Assembly: GCA_963736195.1 (NCBI GenBank)
Contig: CAVTNP010000001.1
Coordinates: forward strand, 1,717,068-1,781,067
Direction: 5' to 3'
Source of the DNA: Ignavibacteriota bacterium
Lineage (GTDB): Bacteria > Bacteroidota > Ignavibacteria > Palsa-1295
Length of the DNA stretch: 64,000 nucleotides
Positions 20,764 to 29,976 of this stretch are shown in pieces (the stretch's first letter is position 1; each line of letters starts with the position of its first letter). The notes under the pieces were generated by a model. The model had not been told where the DNA came from, ran no database searches, and saw only the letters and a list, made by a program, of their open reading frames with translations. The position numbers and the translations under genes were made by a program.

Positions 20764-21076
20764 AATCGTTTCTGTCTTTTCTACTCATCGGCCGTGCCGA
20801 TATTACTCGAATGCTTCTTGCTCTGATAGTAAACACCAAGGTGAGCAATCTGTTTCCGTCCGTTTTCCCAAGTACACCATAACGAGTTTCTGTCGTGGAA
20901 TGCTTGGGATCATCGGAAAATTGCAGCGGCTCGTTTCCAAAAATTTCCTCGGCCTCTACATTGGAGACTCGATGCTTTTTCCAATTTTTGTTGATATTAC
21001 CGGTATCCCATTCGAAGCCCGTGCATCGTGCAACCAGCGCGGCAATATCTGAATGACGGGAATCGTCAGCATTCAT
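20744..21076 (-). CDS. brnT: BrnT-family toxin (DUF497 ribonuclease)
   Basis: FEWDTGNINKNWKKHRVSNVEAEEIF...RYGVLGKTDGNRLLTLVFTIRARSIRVISARPMSRKDRNDY matches the DUF497/BrnT consensus FEWD..K...N..KHGVSF.EA..VF...R.I..ARRA...ER..Y. Confidence 0.75.
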   Translation of the reverse strand: MNADDSRHSDIAALVARCTGFEWDTGNINKNWKKHRVSNVEAEEIFGNEPLQFSDDPKHSTTETRYGVLGKTDGNRLLTLVFTIRARSIRVISARPMSRKDRNDYGQQEP

Positions 21077-21077
21077 T

Positions 21078-21187
21078 TAATGCTTACCATTCTCGCGAAT
21101 CCCTTCGTGCATCCCAGCCAAAATATGCCCCAGCTTTTTGCGCTTGGTTTCTAAGTAACAGGCGTTCTGTGCGTTCGAGGGGAATTT
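21078..21187 (-). repeat. partial copy B of the ribBA 3' end (in-frame tail ...[25 protein letters not shown] stop)
   Basis: About 110 bp similar to 21702..21811. Conservation is codon-like, with conservative and synonymous changes and the stop retained. Confidence 0.65.
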
Positions 21188-21214
21188 GTTCAAACATAAA
21201 ATCACGCACAGGTT

Positions 21215-21415
21215 CTAAACCGTTTCGAGAGACACTTTCAAAATGTCTCCCATCGAGACGCGTTTTGAGAGGCGCAGAATTTCTACGCCGACCACTTCAT
21301 CGTGCTCGTTAAAATCGAGTACAACGCCTGGCGTGACTTCCTCCGAATCCACTATTTTGGATTCGTCGAGCCGCAGGTACAGCGCATCCGATTCGCGATC
21401 TACTTTTAGTCTCAT
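21215..21415 (-). CDS. DUF2283 (YuzE-like) small protein, putative antitoxin-like partner
   Basis: MRLKVDRESDALYLRLDESKIVDSEEVTPGVVLDFNEHDEVVGVEILRLSKR is the typical DUF2283 sequence pattern. Confidence 0.65.
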   Translation of the reverse strand: MRLKVDRESDALYLRLDESKIVDSEEVTPGVVLDFNEHDEVVGVEILRLSKRVSMGDILKVSLETV

Positions 21416-21663
21416 AGCTTATTCTTGAGCCTCCGGTCAAAAAAGGTCGATACGACAAGCGGAGGAACTACCGTATTATTCAATACAACCCGAAGAACGC
21501 GGTTTCCGTTTTCGGTGATTCGGGCAAGGAAATGGGTTAGTTCTGGATCCTCCCGATCCGGCTCAGTTCGGACGGGATTTTCAATGGTTCGCGCGACCCA
21601 GTCCGGATCGATCTCCCTCTCTATTATCGCATCACGAGCATGGCTTGTATATTCTAATTGCAT
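21412..21663 (-). CDS. DUF4258 protein, putative toxin-like partner of DUF2283
   Basis: HARDAIIEREIDPDWVARTIENPVRTEPD... matches the DUF4258 N-terminal pattern. It overlaps the downstream DUF2283 gene by 4 nt. Confidence 0.6.
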   Translation of the reverse strand: MQLEYTSHARDAIIEREIDPDWVARTIENPVRTEPDREDPELTHFLARITENGNRVLRVVLNNTVVPPLVVSTFFDRRLKNKL

Positions 21664-21701
21664 TGTAACAATTTCATTTGCTCATGCTAATTATTCAAGT
21701 G

Positions 21702-22931
21702 TCAATGCTTCCCATTCTGATACATCCCTTGGTGCATCCCCGTCAAGATATGCCCCAGCTTTTTGCGCTTGGTTTCTAAGTAACCGGCATTCCGTGCGTT
21801 CGCGGGAATTTCTATGGGAACCCGCTCGACTATTTCTAAGCCATAGCTCGAAAGTCCCACCACTTTTTTCGGGTTGTTCGTCATCAGGCGCATTTTTCGG
21901 ACGCCGAGATCGGCCAGCAGTTGCGCGCCCAATCCGTAATCGCGCAGGTCGGCTTTGAATCCAAGTTTCTCGTTCGCTTCGACAGTATCCGCGCCTTCTT
22001 CCTGCAATTTGTAGGCGCGCAGCTTATTTGCCAATCCGATCCCGCGCCCTTCTTGGCGCATATAGACCACGATCCCGCGGCCTTCCTGCTCCACCATCAT
22101 CATCGCAGCATGAAGCTGATCCTGGCAATCGCAGCGCAAGGAACCCAGCGTATCGCCGGTAAAGCACTCGGAGTGCACGCGCACCAGCACCGGCTCACCA
22201 TTCGCAACATCACCTTTTGTGAGCGCGATATGCTCCTTGTGATCCACTTTATTCTCGTACAAGTGCAACCGGAAATCGCCGTATTCCGTGGGAAGGTTAA
22301 CCTCCACAATTTTGTGCATCAGCTTTTCGCGCGTCATCCGATACGCGATGAGATCCTGCACGGAAATGATCTTAAAATTGAACTCCTCGGCAAATTTCAC
22401 AAGCTCTGGCATCCGTGACATGGAACCATCCTCGTTCATTACTTCACACAGCAGCGCGATGGGTTGGAATCCCGCCATTCGTGCAAGATCGACAGCGGCT
22501 TCGGTATGTCCGGCGCGGCGCAGCACACCTTCATCGACGGCGCGAAGAGGGAAGATGTGCCCAGGCCGCGCGAAATCGTGACCGACGGTCTTAGGATTTG
22601 TCAGCGCAAGAACGGTTTTTGCACGATCGCTGGCGGATACGCCGGTGGAAGTTCCATGCAAATAATCGATGCTGACGGTGAACGGCGTTCCATGCCGCGC
22701 GGTATTGACGTCCACCATCATCGGCAGATCAAGCGCCGCCGCGCGTTCTTCGGAGAGCGGCGCGCAGATAATTCCACTGGTCCGCCGCAGCATGAACGCG
22801 ATCATCTCCGGCGTAACCATTTCTGCCGCCGCGACGAGGTCGCCTTCATTCTCGCGCTCCTCATCGTCAACGACAATGACCATCCGTCCGCGCCGGATGT
22901 CTTCAAGTGCTTCGTCGATGGTGTTTAACAT
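21702..22931 (-). CDS. ribBA: bifunctional 3,4-dihydroxy-2-butanone-4-phosphate synthase / GTP cyclohydrolase II
   Basis: RENEGDLV and [14 protein letters not shown] are RibB motifs. CDCQDQL and [33 protein letters not shown] are RibA motifs. The last ~35 codons coincide with repeat copy C (21702..21811). Confidence 0.9.
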   Translation of the reverse strand: MLNTIDEALEDIRRGRMVIVVDDEERENEGDLVAAAEMVTPEMIAFMLRRTSGIICAPLSEERAAALDLPMMVDVNTARHGTPFTVSIDYLHGTSTGVSASDRAKTVLALTNPKTVGHDFARPGHIFPLRAVDEGVLRRAGHTEAAVDLARMAGFQPIALLCEVMNEDGSMSRMPELVKFAEEFNFKIISVQDLIAYRMTREKLMHKIVEVNLPTEYGDFRLHLYENKVDHKEHIALTKGDVANGEPVLVRVHSECFTGDTLGSLRCDCQDQLHAAMMMVEQEGRGIVVYMRQEGRGIGLANKLRAYKLQEEGADTVEANEKLGFKADLRDYGLGAQLLADLGVRKMRLMTNNPKKVVGLSSYGLEIVERVPIEIPANARNAGYLETKRKKLGHILTGMHQGMYQNGKH

Positions 22932-22967
22932 AGTACCGAGTGATGAGTAATGAGTGCCGAGTGGGGA

Positions 22968-23330
22968 TTATGCTGCTGGCTTATCCGAATTCTTCGGCAC
23001 AACGGTTCCGAGCGCGGTTTTTTCTACACGGATCTTGGTGTTGTCTGAAACCTGGAGTAGAACGGTTGTGTCCTCGACTTGGGCAACTGTCCCGTGGATA
23101 CCACTTGCAGTAATTACCTTGTCACCTTTTTCCACCTGCTTGATAAGTTCTTCCCGCGCTTTTTGGCGTTTCTTTTGCGGACGGTAAAGTAAGAAGTAAA
23201 AAATGAGGACGATCACGATGAGCGGCAGAAACTGCATCACCGGATCCATCTGCTGACCGGCCGCTCCGCCGCTCGGTTGCGACATAAGAAGCTGCATTTT
23301 TTCTGGATTGAATAGGGAAGAAATCGTCAT
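22968..23330 (-). CDS. yajC: preprotein translocase subunit YajC
   Basis: One TM helix (LPLIVIVLIFYFLLYRPQKKRQK) followed by GDKVITASGIHGTV, the YajC signature. There are only 36 nt to ribBA, so the two are probably co-transcribed. Confidence 0.85.
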   Translation of the reverse strand: MTISSLFNPEKMQLLMSQPSGGAAGQQMDPVMQFLPLIVIVLIFYFLLYRPQKKRQKAREELIKQVEKGDKVITASGIHGTVAQVEDTTVLLQVSDNTKIRVEKTALGTVVPKNSDKPAA

Positions 23331-23572
23331 GAAAAAAGTAATATTGAATATGTAAAGAGCTGAATTTTGATTAAGAGGCTATTTTCTTCAATAGCCTGTC
23401 TAAAACAGGTATCAGGGGTGAATCATTCAGGATTGGGCGCGGAGAACTGCGGTATTGGGAAATCAGGGGAACTGCCATTTGTTCTCCTGTTTTCCACCGC
23501 GTGCGCGGAATTTCGGGCTATCCGAAAGAACGCATATTTTTGTACTAAATTTTTAGTGTTTGGGCTACTACC

Positions 23573-24040
23573 TTGAAGCTTACCGACTATCTTAACCCTG
23601 ATTCGATCGCGATCGGCATGGAAGCCGATTCGAAAGAGGCTCTGCTCGATGGCATCCTGAAATTAGCTGAGAAGAACCCCCACGTTCTTGACGCAAAAAA
23701 GATGCGCGCGGCAGTTATGGAGCGTGAAAAGATCATGTCCACGGGCGTGGGGAAGAATTTCGCGATCCCGCATGGCAAGACCGATGCCGTGGATGACATC
23801 GTCCTTGCGTTTGCCACGATGGCTCAGCCCGTAAATTATGGTTCGATGGATAATGAACCAGTGAGAATCGTGTTGCTGCTCGTAAGCAAGGAAAACCTCG
23901 TTAGCCAGAGATTGAGCCTTCTTAGCCGCGCCTCAAAAGTAATGAATTCCGATTCGGCCCGGACTGCGCTCATCAATGCCAAATCGCCGGAAGAAGTGAT
24001 CTCCATTTTCAATCAGGAAGAAGCGCGCATTGGAGAATAA
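23573..24040 (+). CDS. ptsN: PTS EIIA type-2 domain protein (PtsN/nitrogen-regulatory IIA-like); TTG start
   Basis: The whole sequence reads like a PTS_EIIA_2 domain (EALLDGILKL, AIPHGK). Confidence 0.7.
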   Translation: MKLTDYLNPDSIAIGMEADSKEALLDGILKLAEKNPHVLDAKKMRAAVMEREKIMSTGVGKNFAIPHGKTDAVDDIVLAFATMAQPVNYGSMDNEPVRIVLLLVSKENLVSQRLSLLSRASKVMNSDSARTALINAKSPEEVISIFNQEEARIGE

Positions 24041-25364
24041 GCTATCCAAAGCCGAGCTCATCCAGGCGCCGCGTGGTACGAAGGATATCTTGCCCGATGA
24101 AGCAAAAAAATGGCGGGAGATCGAGCGAGCCGTCGATGATGTTGCTACGCTTTTCGGTTATGGCGAGATCCGCACGCCGATCTTCGAGCAATTGCGCTTG
24201 TTCAGGCGTGCAGTCGGCGAAGAAACGGACATCGTGTCCAAGGAGATGTTCCTTCTCCAATCGAAATCTGAGGACGAAGAATTTGCTTTGCGTCCGGAGC
24301 TTACGGCCCCTGTGGTTCGTGCAGCCATCGAGCATGGCTTGCTCACCGGGCAATCGGATTGTCTGCGATTATATTACAATAGCGCGCCGAACTTTCGTTA
24401 TGAGAAACCGCAGAAGGGAAGATTCCGTCAATTCCATCAATTCGGCACAGAATTGCTTGGCCCTGATAGCCCGCTTGCCGATGCCGAGACTATCTCTTTC
24501 GCTATTTCGGTGTATCGCCGGCTAGGTCTTTCGAATTTCAAGGTAAGGCTGAACTCACTCGCATCGCCATCTTCGAGAGAAACATGGAAGCAGATATTGG
24601 TCGATTATCTCAGGCTGAATCTCGATCTGCTCTCCGATGAAAGCAAGCGGCGCACCGAAACGAACCCCATGCGAGTTTTGGATTCGAAGGACCCGCGCGA
24701 TCAGGCTGTCATCACCGGAGCGCCATTGCTTTCCGATTTCTTATCGCAAGATGACCGAGATCATTTCGAGAGCTTGCAATTGTTGCTTCGGCAAACTGGT
24801 ATCGAATTCACGGTCGATCCACTACTTGTCCGGGGACTGGACTATTATACTCGAACTGTATTCGAGATCACCTCCAGCGATCTTGGTTCGCAGGATGCGC
24901 TATGCGGCGGCGGAAGATATGATATGCTCGTCCAGCAGCTTGGGGGTCCGGAAACGCCGGCGTTCGGTTTCGGCGCCGGGATGGAACGTTTATTGATCGC
25001 GTTGGAATCGCCACGGCAAGCAGCGGAAATTACGCGAGCCGATCATTCGATTTACGTGATCGCTCTAAGCTCAGCTGATGCTGCAAGGCCCTATCGAATA
25101 TCGCCTGTGCAATTGCAGGCGTTTGAAACCACAAGCGCACTTCGCCACGCAGGCCTTACCGCTCTCATGGATCTGAACGGCCGCTCAATGAAAGCCCAAA
25201 TGCGTGAGGCCAATCGTGAGAAAACGCATTTTACGTATATCATAGGTGAAAACGAGATCAAAGAAGGTTCCGGAATCTTAAAGAATATGCAATCCGGCGA
25301 GCAGGCCAAAATAAGTTTTGACACGATCGCGGAAGCAATAACGAATAGGCTTCCTCTTTCATAA
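24030..25364 (+). CDS. hisS: histidine--tRNA ligase
   Basis: Class II aaRS motifs with HisS-specific regions (RGTKD, FRYEKPQKGRFRQFHQ, GGGRYD). Confidence 0.9.
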   Translation: MENKLSKAELIQAPRGTKDILPDEAKKWREIERAVDDVATLFGYGEIRTPIFEQLRLFRRAVGEETDIVSKEMFLLQSKSEDEEFALRPELTAPVVRAAIEHGLLTGQSDCLRLYYNSAPNFRYEKPQKGRFRQFHQFGTELLGPDSPLADAETISFAISVYRRLGLSNFKVRLNSLASPSSRETWKQILVDYLRLNLDLLSDESKRRTETNPMRVLDSKDPRDQAVITGAPLLSDFLSQDDRDHFESLQLLLRQTGIEFTVDPLLVRGLDYYTRTVFEITSSDLGSQDALCGGGRYDMLVQQLGGPETPAFGFGAGMERLLIALESPRQAAEITRADHSIYVIALSSADAARPYRISPVQLQAFETTSALRHAGLTALMDLNGRSMKAQMREANREKTHFTYIIGENEIKEGSGILKNMQSGEQAKISFDTIAEAITNRLPLS

Positions 25365-25392
25365 TCCATACATCATCATTCATAATTTTCCC

Positions 25393-26559
25393 ATGGAGCC
25401 ATTACCACCAGTAAAAGAAGTCGAATATCGTTGTTACATCGGTAAGGTGTTCGAGGAACTTTCAGGCACGGAATTCATGACCTTCGCCTTCGAGACCGCG
25501 AAGGAGTTCTCGAGCTTTCGCTATGAGATCGCGGTGCGATACCGCATCCAGCCGGGGCTGCTCGAGTTCAAAGTGCTTGGCATGACGGCTACGCGCACCA
25601 TGATGCCGGCGTTCGGAACCGCTCGCTCGGTGCTCAAGGTGCCGCTCCTGCCGCTGGGGGTTTATACCGTGAAGATGATCAAGAGCGACGATACCGAGAA
25701 TATGTTCAGCATCGAGGTCTCGAAAAAAGGCTTTCAGATTTTGCTGCCGATACCGCGCAAGCGGTTCATCGATCTGGTGATCGAAAATAAGGCATCCATT
25801 CCGAACGCAAAGCACCTTTCGACGGTATCGAAAACGCCACCGGTTCCGTTGGTGCCGCGCACGATTCAAAAACGTGTACCATTGCCGGGCGAATTGGAGG
25901 ATGGTGAAATGGAAATGGTTGAAGAGACAGAGATGCAGGACGATGATGTCCTTTTTGACGAAACTCCGAAATCGAAGAGCGGAGCTAAACATGCGATCGA
26001 GGAGATAAGTGAAGTTCCCGAGACTCACAGGCCCAGTGCGAAGCCAAAAGCAGAGCCAAAGCACAAACCCGAGCCAAAACACAAAGCTGAGCCAGAGCCA
26101 AAGCACAAAGCTGAGCCAGAGCCAAAACACAAAGCCGAACTGGAGCCAAAACACAAAGCCGAACTGGAGCCAGAACACAAAGCTGAGCAGGAGCCGAAGC
26201 ACAAAGCTGAACCAGAGCCAAAACACAAAGCTGAGCAGGAGCCAAAACACAAAGCTGAGCAGGAGTCGAAGCATAAAGTGGAATCTAAACCAAAAGCCGA
26301 GCCAAAGACCGCGAAAGCACCGACTGAGAAGGCTGCTAAAGTTCCGAATGTGAAAACGGCAAAGGCTACTTTAGTCAAAGAGAAGAAACCAGAGCAAAAG
26401 CCTGCCAAACCGGCACGCGCTGCGGCCAAACCCGCTAAGAAGGTGGCCGGCAAAGCGAAAGCCCCGGCACCAAAGGCTGCTGCAAAGAAGAAAGCTCCTA
26501 CGAAACCAAAGCCAGCACCAAAAGCTAAAGCGGCGAAGAAATCAGGGAAGAAGAAATGA
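25393..26559 (+). CDS. hypothetical protein with a tandem (K)AEPEPKHK octapeptide array and a Lys/Ala/Pro-rich histone H1-like C-terminal tail
   Basis: About 10 copies of AEPEPKHK or close variants, encoded by 24 nt DNA repeats at 26040..26290. The tail is AKPAKKVAGKAKAPAPKAAAKKKAPTKPKPAPKAKAAKK. Confidence 0.7.
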   Translation: MEPLPPVKEVEYRCYIGKVFEELSGTEFMTFAFETAKEFSSFRYEIAVRYRIQPGLLEFKVLGMTATRTMMPAFGTARSVLKVPLLPLGVYTVKMIKSDDTENMFSIEVSKKGFQILLPIPRKRFIDLVIENKASIPNAKHLSTVSKTPPVPLVPRTIQKRVPLPGELEDGEMEMVEETEMQDDDVLFDETPKSKSGAKHAIEEISEVPETHRPSAKPKAEPKHKPEPKHKAEPEPKHKAEPEPKHKAELEPKHKAELEPEHKAEQEPKHKAEPEPKHKAEQEPKHKAEQESKHKVESKPKAEPKTAKAPTEKAAKVPNVKTAKATLVKEKKPEQKPAKPARAAAKPAKKVAGKAKAPAPKAAAKKKAPTKPKPAPKAKAAKKSGKKK

Positions 26560-26571
26560 TCTGAACAAAGC

Positions 26572-26955
26572 ATGCCGATCAAGGCATTCGAGATCATTCT
26601 TTACATTTCCGATCAAGCTCGCAGCGGTGATTTCTATTCCCAAGTTCTGGGTGTAGAACCTTCACTCGATGTTCCGGGAATGACGGAGTTCGACATCTGG
26701 GGTGCGAAACTTGGCTTGATGCCAGCGAGTGGGATCCAATCGCTGCTTGGAGATTCGAGAATAGATCCAGCGAGCGCCATTTCACGATGCGAGTTGTATA
26801 TGCTTGTGGATGATCCTCTCGCGTATGCTGCTCGCGCACAGTCGGCGGGTGCTACGGAATTGAGCGCACTCCAACTTCGAGATTGGGGCGACGAAGTGGC
26901 GTATTATTCAGACCCCGATCATCATGTGCGTGCCTTTGCGCGCAGATCAAAATGA
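26572..26955 (+). CDS. VOC/glyoxalase-family protein
   Basis: 127 aa. The N-terminal beta-alpha-beta region is typical of the glyoxalase/bleomycin-resistance fold. Weak call. Confidence 0.5.
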   Translation: MPIKAFEIILYISDQARSGDFYSQVLGVEPSLDVPGMTEFDIWGAKLGLMPASGIQSLLGDSRIDPASAISRCELYMLVDDPLAYAARAQSAGATELSALQLRDWGDEVAYYSDPDHHVRAFARRSK

Positions 26956-26998
26956 TTGCAAGGACGCGTAACCTATTTCAGGTTTAAATCACCAGCTA

Positions 26999-27400
26999 TT
27001 AACTCCAGCGGAACCGGAAGGTCACGCTGGTGCCATCATGGGAGGATTCGATGCAGGAATCGCTGGTGAGCGCTTTGACGAGATACACTCCGCGTCCGCC
27101 GGGGCGGTGAAGATAGGGGCCGTTCGTTGGGTCGGGTACTAATTCAGGAATGAAGCCGGCGCCACGGTCGCGCACGGTAAAAGCTATTTCGTGATCTTCG
27201 GTTTTGCACTCGAGCTTTACCTTGCTCGTGCGGCATTCTTTACAGCCATGCCGTATGGCATTCGTCACACATTCGGAAAGCGCAAGCAGCACGTTATGCC
27301 GAAGTTCGGCAGGAACGCTGGCGCGGTCGAGCTGCTGGCGAGTCCACTCGTGAACTTGCTCCAGCTCGTCTAATCTGCCCGGTATGAGCAAATGATCCAT
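26999..27400 (-). CDS. anti-sigma regulatory factor-like Ser kinase (RsbW/SpoIIAB-type HATPase_c)
   Basis: ALSECVTNAIRHG...FTVRDRGAGF...PGGRGVYLV are N-box, G1 and G2-like motifs of GHKL ATPases of the RsbW type. Confidence 0.6.
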   Translation of the reverse strand: MDHLLIPGRLDELEQVHEWTRQQLDRASVPAELRHNVLLALSECVTNAIRHGCKECRTSKVKLECKTEDHEIAFTVRDRGAGFIPELVPDPTNGPYLHRPGGRGVYLVKALTSDSCIESSHDGTSVTFRFRWS

Positions 27401-27420
27401 CTTTGTGCCTGGGTGAGTGC

Positions 27421-27762
27421 TTACAGCTTACTTTGCTTAATTTTGGCCAATTCCTGCATCAGATCCATCAGCTTAGCCATCCCAGCCGGGGAAACTTCGA
27501 GGAATTCCTCTGAATAGGTGTGACCGTTATCCCTGGCGTGTGCGAGAATTGTGCGCACTTGCTGTACGGTGTCCCTAAAAGTTTGTTGCAGTTTACCAAA
27601 GCCTTCTGCTTTCGGCCCCTCGCGCTGCATAAGCAGGAAGGTTTTGTGCGCGAAAGTCGCGTAGAAAGCCAATTCATGCTGTAATCCCGGCTCATTCGCG
27701 AGCGAGTCCAGCAGAGATTGAGCAGGTGAGGTAGTTTCTATCGGCATTGTGATGTCTTTCAC
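27421..27762 (-). CDS. hypothetical protein
   Basis: A 113 aa ORF with a plausible context but no recognisable motif. Confidence 0.4.
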   Translation of the reverse strand: MKDITMPIETTSPAQSLLDSLANEPGLQHELAFYATFAHKTFLLMQREGPKAEGFGKLQQTFRDTVQQVRTILAHARDNGHTYSEEFLEVSPAGMAKLMDLMQELAKIKQSKL

Positions 27763-27774
27763 CTGTTATTCCCG

Positions 27775-27850
27775 CGAAAGCGGGAAACCAGGCCCTAAGT
27801 TTGCGCTAAATCCAAACCTGGATTCCCGCTTTCGCGGGAATGACACTCCT
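27775..27850. terminator. pair of oppositely oriented palindromes (cccgcgaaagcggg / cccgctttcgcggg) between two minus-strand genes
   Basis: Each unit is self-complementary and the two are reverse complements of each other. This is a likely terminator or attenuator for the upstream gene at 27853..28611. Confidence 0.35.
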
Positions 27851-27852
27851 AA

Positions 27853-28611
27853 CTATGCCGCAACTTCCGAGGCCGTGGCAGCTGTAGCACCGGCCCCACG
27901 CGCCGTTTCGACGAATGCAAGCAGTTCGTTATTATACTTATCCCATAGTTCGGGACTCATATCCGTTACGATACCTCGCAACGCTTCGGAGTTTTCAGGC
28001 TTAGCGGTAACGAGTTGCTCCAGTTGGCGATTATTGAAAAAGCTGTATGGCTTCACTCTGGCTTCGCGCGCCCGAGTGTTGCGCCACTTGCGAACTGCAT
28101 CGAACAGCGGGAAATCGGCATCTGCTATTTGTGGCTTGTAATCTTCGGTCGGTGCCTTATCTGCTTTCGGAGCCGGAGCGCTTTGGCGCGGAGTGATACC
28201 TGGCTGACCGCCAGATTGCGGAGAGAACTTTCGCGATGGCTGTCCACCTGAGTAACCTTGCCGTGCATGCTCAGTTTGAGCTGATTGACGGTTTTCCGCT
28301 TGCGGAGGACGGTTCTCATACGCCACGAATACATTCCACACGCCGAGCACGATCGGCGCGCCATCTGCCGATGGAAGTGAAGTTGACGGTGCAAAACTTG
28401 CCGACCAATGCCGGACTGATTTCCCTACAAGGAATTCGTTCACTGCCTGCTCGTCGGCAGCGTTTTGAATTTGAAACGTCTTTATCTGAATGTCGGAAGA
28501 AGAAAAATTGCTGTTCGCCATGAACGGAATTGATTGAAAGAGTTTTCGAAAAGGGTCTAAATGCCTTAGAACGGGATTGAAACTTGCAAACCGAGGCAAA
28601 CACTCCCGCAA
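27853..28611 (-). CDS. HRDC domain-containing protein (probable start at the M near 28521)
   Basis: The C-terminal FPLFDAVRKWRNTRAREARVKPYSFFNNRQLEQLVTAKPENSEALRGIVTDMSPELWDKYNNELLAFV matches the HRDC fold consensus of RecQ/RNase D C-termini. Confidence 0.55.
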   Translation of the reverse strand: MRECLPRFASFNPVLRHLDPFRKLFQSIPFMANSNFSSSDIQIKTFQIQNAADEQAVNEFLVGKSVRHWSASFAPSTSLPSADGAPIVLGVWNVFVAYENRPPQAENRQSAQTEHARQGYSGGQPSRKFSPQSGGQPGITPRQSAPAPKADKAPTEDYKPQIADADFPLFDAVRKWRNTRAREARVKPYSFFNNRQLEQLVTAKPENSEALRGIVTDMSPELWDKYNNELLAFVETARGAGATAATASEVAA

Positions 28612-28746
28612 CCGAGCGCCGTTTTCAAGCTGATTTCGAAGCTTCCGTAATAATTCTGCAAAAAACCAAAGATTTTTTTGTAACCCAAGCGACCCTGTGC
28701 GTTCTTGTCTGAGGGAGAATGTACTCCCGTCCTAAATGAACTGATA

Positions 28747-29970
28747 ATGAAACGCAAACTTATTCTTATTGCTACGATTTTTACAATTGCAGTTACTCCA
28801 ATCGCTCAGGCTCAATGGAAGCAAACGAGCTTGGAAAATAAGAATATTAGTGTCTTGGCTGTTATGGGATCGAACATCTTTGCAGGGGCTCCCTACGGCG
28901 GCGGCATTTTTCTATCGAAGGACAGTGGTACGACTTGGAATCTGGCGAATACTGGCCTCACGAATACATACATTCTCGCGATCGCGTCGATCGGAACAAA
29001 GGTCTTTACTGGAACCGAGGGGGGCGCCTTTCTTTCGTCCGATAGCGGTAGGAGCCGGGCATCGGCTAATAATGGCCTTTTTGATTCCATTGCTCAGCAA
29101 TATGTTTATGTTAACAGTTTTGCGGTGAGCGGTCCATTCCTTTTCGCTGGAACTTGTTGTAACGGAGTTTTTTCATCGATCGATAATGGCCAAAACTGGC
29201 ACGCTGTTCACAATGGGTTAACTGGTAGGCGTATTTTCGCGCTATACGGAAGTGGCTCAGATATCCTTGCTGGAACTGCAGACAGCGGCCTATATGTATC
29301 GACGGACAACGGCCAAACCTGGGCATCGGCAAACGCGGGTCTGGGTAATAACACAGTGGCTGCCATTACATCTATGGGAACTACAGTCTTCGTTGGCACC
29401 GGTACTCCAGGTGTTTTCCTTTCTACCGATGATGGGAAAAATTGGACTTCGGATGGACTGCCGAGTACGAATATTAAGGCTTTTGCCGTTTTTGGTACGA
29501 ATCTTTTTGCTGGGACGCAAGATGGCGATGTATTTCTCTCGACGAATAGGGGTACCGACTGGACGGCAGTCAATAACGGTTTCACCAATGTCCAAGTTAG
29601 TTCGCTGGCTCTCGGTGATTCGATGCTATTTGCAGGAACATACCAATCCGGTGTTTGGCGGAGACCGCTCTCCGATTTCGGAATTAGTGCTGTCACTCCG
29701 ATCACATCGTTCAAATCCCCCCTCACCACCTACCCCAACCCCTTCACCAACAAAACGACGATAACCATTTCGCCAACAGAAAGCGGCGTAGCAGAAATAT
29801 CGGTGGTGAATTTGTTGGGTGAAGAAGTAGCGCACGTCTTTAATGGCGAGTTGGAGCCCGGAGCGCATTCCTTCACCTGGGACGCAACCGGTTTACCGGC
29901 TGGAGTGTATGAGTGCCTGGTTCATCAAAACGGTCGCACGGAGTCGCTTCCAATGGTGTTATCGAAATGA
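28747..29970 (+). CDS. secreted BNR/Asp-box repeat (beta-propeller) protein with T9SS C-terminal sorting domain
   Basis: Six S-x-D-x-G-x-T-W motifs: SKDSGTTW, SSDSGRS, SIDNGQNW, STDNGQTW, STDDGKNW, STNRGTDW. The C-terminal TTYPNPFTNKTTITIS...VYECLVHQNGRTESLPMVLSK is a T9SS CTD. Confidence 0.8.
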   Translation: MKRKLILIATIFTIAVTPIAQAQWKQTSLENKNISVLAVMGSNIFAGAPYGGGIFLSKDSGTTWNLANTGLTNTYILAIASIGTKVFTGTEGGAFLSSDSGRSRASANNGLFDSIAQQYVYVNSFAVSGPFLFAGTCCNGVFSSIDNGQNWHAVHNGLTGRRIFALYGSGSDILAGTADSGLYVSTDNGQTWASANAGLGNNTVAAITSMGTTVFVGTGTPGVFLSTDDGKNWTSDGLPSTNIKAFAVFGTNLFAGTQDGDVFLSTNRGTDWTAVNNGFTNVQVSSLALGDSMLFAGTYQSGVWRRPLSDFGISAVTPITSFKSPLTTYPNPFTNKTTITISPTESGVAEISVVNLLGEEVAHVFNGELEPGAHSFTWDATGLPAGVYECLVHQNGRTESLPMVLSK

Positions 29971-29976
29971 TCTAAT

